Shown here piece after piece: positions 49,222 to 60,914 of a DNA stretch of 64,000 bases (its first letter is position 1; the number at the start of each line of letters is the position of its first letter). The notes under the pieces were generated by a model. That model was given only the letters and a program-made list of their open reading frames with translations, did not search any database and was not told the DNA's origin. The position numbers were made by a program, and so were the translations under genes. The stretch is from the NCBI RefSeq assembly GCF_963853765.1, contig NC_088857.1, forward strand, positions 42,036,001 through 42,100,000. Direction: 5' to 3'. The stretch comes from Magallana gigas (lineage: Eukaryota).

Positions 49222-52200
49222 TCAAACAGATGTAGGCGTTCCCTGCTTATTTTCCTGCGTGACATTCGGTTTTTGAACAATTTTAACTAATTCATACTCC
49301 AAAGTTACACATTTTGTGTCGTTGTCATTCTCTGATTTCGTTGTCTTTTCACACGGTTTATCCATTTTCCCATTATCATCACCTACTAATGCACCGTCTT
49401 CAATTTTTACCCGATCTTCGATCATTGCTTTATTTTCGCCCGTTGCCTTGTTTTCGCCCGTTGCCTGGTTTTCGCCCGTTGCCTTGTTTTCGCCCGTTGC
49501 CTGGTTTTCCACTGATGCCTTATTTTTGTCCGTTGACTTATCCTCGACCGTTGCCTTGGATTTGACCACTGCCTGGTTTTCGACTGATGGCTGATTTTTT
49601 ACCATTGACTTATTGACTGTTGCCTTGGATTCGACCGATGCATGGTCTTCTTTCGGTGTATTGTTTGTAACCGTTGCCTCACCTTCGATCATTGGCTGGT
49701 TTTCGACCGTTGCCATGTTTTCGACCTTCGTCATATTTTCGACTGTTTTCTTGTCTTCATCTGTTTTGTCGTCTATTGCCGCGGTCTTGTTTTCGACTGT
49801 CGTTTTGTTTACGACCGTTAATATATCTTTGATTGTTGCCTGGTCTTCACTGTTTTTGTTCTTATCTTCTCGATTCTCTTCGGCCCTGACTTGATCGTAT
49901 ACTTTTGAGTCAGCTTTCATTTCTTTGGTTTGATTTTGAGGTTCAGTCTCGTCCCTGGTGTTCACGTTTGAAAGATTTTCAGCCAAGTGTTTCCCACCAC
50001 AATTCTCGTGCTTCTTATTGCATATTATTCTGTTACACGTTTCGGTTGTATCGTAAGTATCGTTATCCAAGTCTTCCACGGAATTTTTAAACTCGGCACA
50101 TGCATATTCGCTTTCGCGATTCTTCATCTTATCATCATCATTTAACAGATCATAATCGCTATCTTCTTCATCAACACTACGCTCTCTGGCTTTGCTTGAT
50201 TTTGTTCCATCGGCGTCCTCATAGTCTGGATCTGTGACGTCATATAAATCACTTGTGCGATCTTCGGGCTCCTCGTCTTCACCGTGTACATTCCTGCTGA
50301 CAGAGCTAAACTCTTTGTCAACCTTTCCCACAGAAAACTTCACCTCGGATATTTTTCTGCCGTTTACTTCACGCATTGATAACGCACGTTCAGCGTCAAA
50401 TTGAGATTTGACTCGAGATCTACAACAGCGGAAGATTTTTATTAAAAAAAAAAAAAGTAAGCAATGCTGGTAACGGATAATCTGATCAATTATTACGATT
50501 TAATATAGAAAATGAATGCCTCAATTGAGCGCTACGTATACAGAGCTGTAAGCACTTCTAACAATTATCTCAATCTTTAACACAATGCGTAATACTTACA
50601 ACTTTCTTCTATACCAACAACACAGACAAGAGCTCCAAATGACAGCAAGGAAGACGGCGGCGCCTGCCACTATAAAGCCCGTTGCTGAAAAATGGAATTA
50701 AAAATGGCATAACAAAATTGGAATCGGCACATGAAATGACATTTGGGTAGAGGGAATGTTAACACGACCTTTTATCTTATTTTTTTTTTATTTATGAGAA
50801 CCATTATAAGTGGTCGTTTTTGGACTACATAAATCTTCTTGAGAAAAAAGAGTTCTGTATAAAAAATAAACGTAGTAAACTAGTCAAATTTTAAAACTTC
50901 TTTTAAAAAGAATCCTTACTTACTTACTTATTCCATAATTGGAATAAATCAGAGTACATATTTAATGGGAAATTGTCGACCTCTTTTACAATACTAGTAG
51001 TTATATGTACACGGGTCTACTTTTTAGTCTTTGTAACAGATCAACCCCTCCACAGATTTAATTTACACTGTGTTTATCAAATGACTTGTTTTTTTAGGAA
51101 ATGCACAAAGTTAGGGAAATGGAGCAGGTCGAGTAATTATGAACCTTTGGAGCGGCTTTTTATTGTAGGTTCTAAAGCATCATATATTTTGTTATGTATT
51201 TATTCGAATACATAACTATACATTCTATAAATAATCGACACTTGTATAATTCGGAAGTAAATGCAAAACTCAGTAAATAAATGATTAAATAAATTAATTA
51301 AATAAATCAAGTCCTACACCAATTAAAAACAATGTAAAATATGTTGGGAACACTCATTTTGAACACATTTTTACCATACATAATGCTGGGGAAATAAATT
51401 TAGACCCTGTTAGAAGCCGGGACGGTTTGAGATCAACCGGACTGCGATCCGTATTTTATTTATCATAGTTGGGTACTAAAACTTACTTAATAATTTAAAC
51501 TAACAAGTGCACTTAAATAAATATTTTAACATGTAAATGAAAAATACTACTAAATGACAAAACCGTCCTGGTTGTAAGATTGATTTGTTGGTCTGTGATT
51601 TTACACTTACTGTTCCACGGACACACCATGGGGACTGCTCTAGAAGTGGTTTCAACAATTATGCTTGTCCTTTCTGTGGTCCGTTTTGTGTTGTCTGTTT
51701 TCAATATTCTGGTTGCGGTACTGCCAACATTTTCTGTTGTATTTCTATCTGTTGTCGTAGTGTTTGGTGACGTCACAGAGGCTGGTAATCAAAGAAAATG
51801 TCATCAAAACAAGTAACGACAATGTTGAAAACTTATTCAAAACTTCCGAAACAAAGCAGTGCATAATTACATTGTACTGTACAGAGGCATTTATAGCGCG
51901 AGTCGATACTTATGTATATACATGTTGATATCCCCTCACGTCTGTTATCTATTAAATGGGGCTTCATACCAGTATTATTATATTCAACCTTAGACTTAAA
52001 TAGTACTCAGTGAAATTAAGGACGTCTTTCCTGTACTACGAGTTACGAAACTATATTTACGGAGTCTTATACAAAGAGTTACTTCATCCATTTTTCTTTT
52101 TTTCGTCGAATGAAATGGTGAATTCTCGCCTATCAATGGGGCGCTTGACTCACAATGCTGCAAACAATACTTACAGTCTCCCACTATATTACTGGTTGTG

Positions 52201-52282
52201 GTCCCAGCCAAAGTCGAACTGTTTGTGTCCGTTGTACTAGCATTTGGTGTACTAAGAGCCACTGTGTCATTTTCACTACTGA
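49222..52282 (-). CDS. Type I single-pass membrane protein (Thr/Ser-rich stalk, TM helix, long Tyr-motif and repeat-rich tail); 5' exons unresolved
   Basis: Phase-consistent exons: 52175-52282 (..STPNASTTDTNSSTLAGTTTS..), 51611-51781 (..TSPNTTTTDRNTTE..), 50600-50684 (TGFIVAGAAVFLAVIWSSCLCCWYRRK), 49222-50419 (399 codons). No signal-peptide exon could be linked confidently. Confidence 0.8.
49400..49820 (-). repeat. Coding 18-bp (6-aa) tandem repeat
   Basis: Four near-perfect units TTTTCGCCCGTTGCCT(T/G)G at 49433-49504 (TGENKA/TGENQA alternating). Degenerate units (VENKT, VENQP, VESKA, VEDKS) on either side. Confidence 0.9.
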
Positions 52283-55200
52283 CTGAAGTAAATGGCGTCG
52301 TTATCGTTATATTGTTTAAATCTTATAATAAAAGAAATTTAGAAAGATACTCAAATCTTTATCTGAATAACAATTAGAACGAAAAAAAAGAAAAATGGTC
52401 AGATCAGAGATCTAAACCTACCGACAGAGGCACTGACCACCAGAATAAAAAAGCCCCAGAATGCCTTCATTTTACAGCACAGCAAGTGGTCCCTGTTGCT
52501 TTCATAACTATCCCTGACCCAACAAGGAAGTAAACAGTTAGCGTTGTACATTAAACTGGAAAATTGTGTTTTGTTTAACCCTCTTCAAAACTGCAAACAT
52601 TTTTCTTCCTTGTCTTAAGTTGCATTAAAGAGACATTCTTGATTATAAAAAGATAAAACTATTTAAAAACATCTTTTCCTTTTCTGAAGTGGAGATGGTT
52701 AAGTTTACGATAAATAAGATGTGGGTTTCTCTTGGCTAGGTATAAAACTATCAACGCCCATTTGCATAAGTAGTTTCAATTGTATGATGGGGTCCGATTA
52801 GAAATTGGTACGCCATTGCAAGTGAAATGAGATAGAATACGGAGATAACGCAATCTTTTGTAAAACATACATCTTTCATTAAAATCTTCTGGATGCAATA
52901 AAGATGTATCACCAGTATTTTCAGAGCATTTCTGATCTTTGTATATATTTTTATAGGACATAACATGTAAATGGCACATATCTGGTTCCATAATATGAAG
53001 CATGTTTTTGTTGTTAAATCAAAATTCGCACCAAAGGCTTGGACATTATTTTACAAGACTTCCTTTATCTCGTAATATAGTTCAAAATAGTTTCCTCGTT
53101 CTTCAGTAGATATAAGAGTATAGTTTTAGCTGTATCAAGATCCATTATATAATATAGCGCATTTGGCAGACAACAAGTGATTTTTTTTAACCACTAAATA
53201 TACAAAATTATACAAAATAAGTTTATGAACGTGAGAACTTAAAATTGCAATATTGATGTGAACAATTTCAGGGACTGTAGGTTTTTGGGTACTGAAGAAA
53301 TCCACCCATATATGAAATAGGTAGGTATGTGCAAATGACAAAAATATCCCCTAGCAGAAGAAACCGTCGTCAACTATTATATCGGTATTTCTCGACTTAA
53401 TTTTTTGATTAAATGTAGTCTTAATTAATTTGAAATTAGCATCTTCATCATCTATACTCCAAACATAAATGGTGATCTTCATTTTTATGAAATAAAATTA
53501 AAAGTATCATTATATCAAGTATAATCATGCAAAATGGACGCTTAGATATAGGCAAATACATGTATAGTATAAACCTATAACAAACGCGCTATAACTCTTT
53601 CTTGACACACCATTGAGGGCAAGCAAGTTTACGTAATTTATATGAAAAACTGTTATACCCTTATCTCGGAATAAAATCCCGTTCACAAAGTTTGCATATT
53701 TTACAACCAAAATTAGGTCGAAGTTTCTATTATCGAAGTTAAAACCTAAAAAAAAAAATATTGATCATGTATGCGTTTGTGTTTTTTGTTTTTTGGGTTT
53801 TTTTTTGCCTTATCGAAGAACGAAACTAAAAAGTCTTCCGTAACAAAAATTAAATAAATAAGATATAGTAAATATATGAAATAATAATCGAAATAATAAT
53901 CACCAAATGCTTAATATATTAACTAACGACTACATGTAAATGAAAAATGATTTAGTTTTTGCTCCTGGAATGAGAATAAGATAAATATAAAATAAAAGTG
54001 GGCGAAATGATAAAATCTCTCCCGGGTTGACGTTGTATATGATGTCTGACATTTACAAAATAGATACATCGAAACACCGTATATTGTTGACATTTGCATA
54101 ACCAAACTTCAAGCCTAAAATAATGCTATTAATTAATCTAACTGCGTCTTGGGAAAGGCCTTCACCACACTCAGTTAAAATGCCTCCCATATACCCGTTT
54201 ACGGTTATGTGGCAGAAAATTGCAGAATCGCTCTGGAGAAATTTAATAAAGTTGCATTGAAAGTAACAGTCAAATTGTTCATAACAAACCATTTTGAAAC
54301 TGTATAAATACATTTCTTTGAAAAAATTAATTCTATAATTGCAGAATTCAACATATTTCAACAACGTTTTTTACACACCATGTTGACATTCGAAACTCTC
54401 GGGATTTTTTTAATCTGTTAATAGTAAATGCACTGTGTTAGAGTTATCTCCCGAATTTTCTTTGATGAACAGAAAAAAAAATTCCAATGAAAATTAACAC
54501 GCCTTTGTTTTATCGTTTCCAGGTTTATCCATGTAAATTTGAGATTGTGGAAACATAAAATAAAGAGCCTCTCGTGATTTAGTATGAATGTAATGCGCAC
54601 GCGCAAGATTGTAAAATCCAAAAAAATCAGATGATTTCCGGAATTGTTTCAGGAATTTTCGTTGATTATTTATTAACGAAGCTTGTTTAAGAAAAAATAA
54701 AAACAAATTGGTACTCTTCAAGTACCAATGATGTTTAAAATATATAAAACAAGAGACATTACTCTTCCGATTTATCGGTATTAAAGCCCAAAAATTAAAG
54801 TCTATTTTTTTAATATAGTAGTATAGATAACAATAAGGCAATTAAAGTTTAACGAACCCTATCTTTTATCAGCGGCCCCTTCTTTTTGATAAATACAATT
54901 ATAAAGTATTATATATATGCTTCCTTGTGGCATGGATCGATACAATAACCTTTAATTCACCGATGATTTTGAGAGAAAATATGCGATATTTGCCATAAAA
55001 TTAATTTCCATTATCACGGATTGTGTATGCAATGCTAAATTAGCCCAATAATTCTATTATGAGAAAAAGGTTCTTTCTCTGATGATCACCAATTAAGATC
55101 CCATGTAGCATGTGTTAAAAAAAGAGTATCATCAGTAGTCTGAAACTTTCCTATGATTTATAGAGCAAGGACATTCCAAATAGCGTCCCTCACATATATA

Positions 55201-55499
55201 CTGGCAAATACAAACCGTGTACAAGATGTCGTCATTATCATGAGCAATCCTTGATGCAACTTTACGAAGTCACTATTCCAGTCTTGCCCATTTGTCTTTT
55301 TATTCATCCAATCGAATGTAACAAAAGGGACAACAGAGTATCAAAGTGAACAATGTTGTGCTTCAATCCTTTTTAAGTCCTTTCGTATCTACAAAAAATC
55401 CTGTTTATATTCAATGGACAGTTGCCTGTCAAGATGATTAGAATCAACGCTAAAATTGTTTGTTTGAATTCGATTTTAAAACAAGTCCTTTGCTAGACA

Positions 55500-55800
55500 A
55501 CAGAAACTAAAGTTTTGAAAACGGTAGGGGGAGTTATCCATACAATAATAATACAGTATTCTATATGTAATATTCTCCGAGAAAATGACAAAGTTCAACA
55601 GCTGATATTTTCCCCCCATAAATTATCAAAAATCCAATTACTATGACATCTCTAATATATGTACAATTGATCAGCAAAAAACATCAACCTCTTATCTTGA
55701 GAACTGTAGGAGGAGTTATCCGTACAATAGGGATACCCTTTTGGCAGCCGCCCGCCCGCCAATTCGATGACCGGATTTTCCCTTTGGAAAATCCAGTTAA
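55500..55800 (+). mobile_element. HINE-like fragment (two related units, (CCGC)n tract, terminal hairpin)
   Basis: GTAGG.GGAGTTATCC.TACAATA at ~55523 and ~55706. GCCGCCCGCCCGCC, then hairpin GGATTTTCC-CTTT-GGAAAATCC at ~55774-55795. Confidence 0.55.
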
Positions 55801-57014
55801 TTAATTCAAGGAAGCAAGTGAGGTTGCATGAAAAAACCTAGATAATATATGTGTATTCTTTTTCCAAGACAAAGGGTTAATTTGCTTGCCACGCATTCTA
55901 TTTTAGGATTCTCGGTTATTTTATTCTTCATTCAATCACCTCTGCCGTGTTTATGAGGCAAAATAATAAATTGATATTCACAGATTCGAAATAAATCTAC
56001 CAACGATTTAAAAAAAAAATTAATCGTCTTATTGGTACATTTTTGCATTTTTGATGAAATAATAAAGGCAATTATTAATCACAATAAATCTCTAAATTGT
56101 CTTATTATCCTCCAAATTAGTTTTAAAGCGTTTTCCAAGAAACAAATAAAAAATAACTGCATGGAGCAAAATGGATAATACAATATAATATACAATTGTA
56201 TTATATATGTAGAGGGTCTGATTTTTTAAAAATGTTTGTTTTAAGTAATTTTGGGCAATGAATGTATAAATTAGATTAGAAATATGTCATAAAAGGATAA
56301 TTTAATAATAATAATAAAAAAATAAAGTCCCGGGGGTCTATATACTTTTTTTTGGGGGGGGGGGGTCGATCCTGTCATCAAGCACCTGTGATGACGAACA
56401 TATATCCGCTGCATCGAGTCACATATTGATTTCTGGTCCCAAAAAACGTGTGTCGGTGGTATCTTCAGGCGAAAAGCCACAACTGTGTTGGTATTACATT
56501 AACAGTTTTTATGATGATACCTGTACGTGTGTTAAACTACAATCAAAGCTATCAGGCAATACAATCTATATAGGATGGATATACATAGGTTTTTTTACCT
56601 TCGTAAATGAACTATAAACCATCGTAAGATAATATGGAATTAACATACTGCCCACCAAAAATTGCCGTATTTTAAATGTAACCGAAAATGAAACCACTTT
56701 AAAACACGAGTCAGGTTGTTTGGGTTCCACGGAGAACAGCATTAGACTTGTTGGTGGCGAGCGAGAGGCATATATCCGCCTGTATTGGTGAGTACTTTGC
56801 ATGAAATATATTTATATAAATATCGTTGCGCCAAATGCTCCACAATTTCTTATCAAAGCTGTGTAAATATTATGCTATCGTTCCATTTTAAAATGATTCA
56901 TACTCTTCATGGACGTTTGTGTTTTTTAGAACCAAAGATATTTTGAGTTAATACACTACACGTGTGTTATATGTTGCACATGAGATAAACAAAACCCCAA
57001 CAAATGTCGTAACG

Positions 57015-59859
57015 ATGAGAGAGAGAGGGAGCAAATATCGTTATGTAATGTTGATAGGTAAGTGTTTACAAGAATATTTAAAGTTTAAAAGACACCCTCA
57101 TTGTGCACATGTAAAACTATATAGATATGCATTAATTCTACTCGTATAATGTAAATACAGAGCCACACCAGCCGTTGTATTTTCAATCAATATTCTGCAC
57201 TTGCTATTTATGAGTCAGTCGGAAAACGTTATTAATAACGGTACATTTGCAGCGAGGGTTCCTAGCTTTTTTTTTTGTTACAATACGTTACATGATAAAT
57301 GGCGTAAGCTAGGGCACATTTGAATGAAATTTAAGCGGTAAATAAACAAAAGATAGGCTATAACTAAGTCCACAAAGTGATTCATTTTATGTTTTGCACT
57401 AATTCCCATAACCCTTTTGATGCTCTGTTTCTTTCTAGCTTCAACACTAATGGCCATGATAACTGTGGGAGGTCTGAATTCGTTCAGCATTCTTTACAAG
57501 GAACTTTTGGATTTCTATGACACCAGAGCAGGAGACACCGCGATCATCTCGAGTCTTTGTATTTTTCTAAATTTTGCTATAGGCAGGTAGAATAGAAATA
57601 TTACATTTAATATCGTTTTACAAATAACGGCAATTTTTCTATATATATGCACGTCGAAATTCGTTTTGATTATAGATTTTTGTTAAACATGGATGCATAT
57701 TAAGACGTCCATAGGCGTATTGGTATTCAACAATAAATTTAAAGTAACCTTAAATTCATTTTCAGGACCATTTGCTAATTATGCCTCCGAAATCTACAGT
57801 TTTCGCGTTGTCATGTTTGTGGGGGGTTTCTTCGGATTTCTTGGGCTTTTTCTCAGTGCCTTTGTTTTAAGAATGGAACTTTGGATCCTGACTTACGGGG
57901 TGTTCTCAGGTATGCACTTTAAAGTATCAATAGTTATGTATGTTGTATATGTTGCATTGGCGTGTCGATTGTTGGTTTTAAACAGGAAATAGTGAAAATA
58001 ATAAGAATTTATATGTCAGTTAATTTTTTTCTCAGTAAAGAAGCAAGAGTTTTGAATTGTGTAATACTAATTGACAGAAATTAAATATTTCTTAAAAAGC
58101 TTTCTATTCTGTTACAGGTATTGGGTTTGGATTGGTTTACAGTCCATGTTTTACTGTTGTAAACTTTTACTTCAAGAAAAGACGAGCTCTTGCAATAAGT
58201 TTCGTTCTGCTTGGCACTGGGATCGGTTCCGTTGTCTTCCCATTCATCTACCATTCTCTGATACACTGTTACGGACTACAGGGCGCAGTCCTAGTGATCA
58301 GTGCTCTCTCCCTGAACATCTGCGTTTGTGCAGCACTGATAAGACAACCACAAGAGCTCCAAAAGGGCAAAATACCTTTAAGCAAGCAAACTAGCACTGA
58401 AACCAACTCATACGAGCTGGAAAATGATATCATCAAGCCAAGAAGATCTTGCTGCGAGTGTAGCACACGTCGGCCAATACGAGAGATATTTCATTTCTCG
58501 TTGTTTCGGAAACCTTCTTTTTTCATTTACGCCCTATCATTTATGTGTAGCATTTATGCGTATTTTTCAATTTTTACCATGATACCAGGCCATGCTCGCG
58601 TACAGGGTATGAGCAGTGCTCGCGTTGCCGTTTTACTTTCCGTAAATGGCGGCGTAATGATCTTTGCCAGACCTGTCGTAGGGTTGCTCGCAGACTCTGA
58701 GATTATTCAGAAAAGAAACATCATTGGAACTTTTCTTATTCTTGGAGGAGTTTCCTCCATTATTTTGCCATGGTTTACGGGATATTATCCCTTGTTGGTT
58801 TATTCAATAACACAAGGGCTGTTCCCCGGTTCTTTCTTTATGTTCATTCCCCTTTTATTGCTGGAAATAGTTCCCCTAGAAAATCTTCCGCAGGCTCAAG
58901 GACTTTTGAATCTTTGTCTATCGTTACCTGTCGGCATTTCACAGCCACTTCCAGGTATGTGAATACTTTAACATATAAATTTTTTCATCATAAAAACTTA
59001 TGCTTTATTTCGTTAAATTAATGAAATCCGTTTCATTTCAGTGGGTGATTAGTCCATTTTGAACTATAAGTAATACTAGTAATTAACAACTATATCTGAA
59101 TGAAGATAAACCTTGAAAATCCATGTCACAAACCTAACCCCTGTTCCCTTTGATCGATAGTGCTGGCTTAGAAGTTAATGAATGATATGTTTTTCTTTGA
59201 CTGTTTGTTACAGCAGGAAGATACTGATTTTTTGATTGATTTGTCAGAAGTCAATGTGCAGTCTACTAGTCCATCAATTACAGAGCTATATCACAATATT
59301 TTATGCAGCATGAGAGTTTACATATTTGACGATTGGCAAATAGATCTAGGCTGCATTTGATGTCGCATTTCACTAATACTGATCATCAATACAAACCGTA
59401 GAGTATCCAAATATACACTCTCCATTCTTCTAATAATACATGCACGAAAACGTAGAAAAAAACCATCATTATGATAACACAAACTGTAATTGTGTTTGGT
59501 AAATGAGATTTGACATATATTTGGTAAACTAGTATATATATGCTTTGACCTGTGTATTGTAGGATACTTGGGTATACTAGTATATTGTAGGATTCTTGGA
59601 TATTCCAGTATAAGCTTTAGGGTACTTGGATATACCATACCATTTTATGCATTGATCTGTGTATAACTAGTGTAGAGTACTTTGGTATACTGGTATATAC
59701 TCCGCTCTGTGCGTTGTAGGGTGGATCAGAGACGTGACGGGAGACTGGACGGTATCGTTCCGCGTGTCCGGGGGCGTGGCTTTGTTGGCGGGACTGTTGT
59801 TTTTTGTAGAACCAGCGTTTCGTACAAAATGTAAAAGAAAACGCAATACATCTCGGTGA
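57015..59859 (+). CDS. SLC16/monocarboxylate-transporter-family MFS protein, 5 coding exons, 435 aa
   Basis: Exons 57015-57057, 57439-57582 (GC donor), 57766-57909, 58118-58954, 59720-59859 (1308 nt, in phase). Motifs AIGPFANY, GIGFGLVYSP, YFKKRRALA, GTGIGSVVFP, FARP, GWIRDVTGDW. Twelve-TM-like hydrophobicity pattern. A probable non-coding exon donor (TTG|GTGAGT) lies near 56788. Confidence 0.92.
59540..59719 (+). repeat. Degenerate ~25-30-bp repeat at the 3' end of SLC16 intron 4
   Basis: Units TATTGTAGGATACTTGGGTATACTAG / TATTGTAGGATTCTTGGATATTCCAG / CTTTAGGGTACTTGGATATACC / TGTAGAGTACTTTGGTATACTGG. Confidence 0.7.
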
Positions 59860-60914
59860 AAGAGAATATAGACAATGATATAAACATTGTCATCTATAGT
59901 CTTGTATATTACTTTGTGACGACTTTGATGCATCTTTTACTTTTTTTGGACAACAAAAACGTACAAGTAATACTGTTTTTCATTTTATGCCATAACAGTA
60001 AATGTAATTAATAAATATGTGTGTGTTTTTTCATTTAATTTCTGTCCCAATATCTAAACCTTTATGATATTCATGTATATTTGTATTGAATATCATATTG
60101 AAACCAAATATATGTACTTTTATTTTAGTTTTTTAATCTACATTTTTGACTTCATGACATCAAAGCAAATAGATAGGGATCATTTACTTTTCATGACTAC
60201 AGATAGACTAAGTTTTATGTCTGCAAGGCGCAAGTTACTCAAGATATGAATCTAAAATGCCCACCAATTGGTGTACCAACTGACAAACAGGTGCAAATCT
60301 AGCATTCTTTTGTTAATTTTTTTTAAAACGTTGAGATTATAATGATTAAGTATCTATTTGAAACGCAACATGTTTCATTGTTCTCTTCAATATTGTATTA
60401 TTAATGATCATTTTTAAATTTGAACTATTTATTAGAGGTTGCATTATTGAGTCTGAAGGTAAAATGAAGGACCACCAATTTAACCACTTTATTCAGGTAA
60501 TTCAACCGTTGTCGATCGTTTTCTTTTCCTGTGATTAAAATTCAGAACCTAAACGTAAAGAAGAAAATAAGGTTGAAAGTAAACTTCTAAATACCATGCA
60601 GTCATATTCATAAAAAAACAACAACCGACATTACAATTATTATTATTTTAATGCATTAAGTTATCATTTACGTGCATGTTGGAAATGAGAGCTATCAAAT
60701 AAACGACGTACGCAATGCTTGTTTAAGTTCATTTCAAATCCCTATAATACCATTCATGTAAAAACGGAAGATGAGTTGTCGCTACAGCTATGATAAGAGG
60801 CCAATAGCGAAGAACACTAAGGTTTTAACAAGTAATGTTATTCTTGTTTACGAACTTCTTTGACGCCAATCTTAAAACTCTCGACTGAAAAATATCACTC
60901 ACATAACAACGTAC

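Noticed and set aside
49314-50090. Several + strand ORFs with RPLP/SPVA repeats
   Set aside because: They are antisense shadows of the coding 18-bp repeat.
52750-55400. Candidate ectodomain or signal-peptide exons of the receptor (e.g. 54100-54233, 55200-55390)
   Set aside because: I could not link them with consistent splice phases or recognise a domain; left unresolved.
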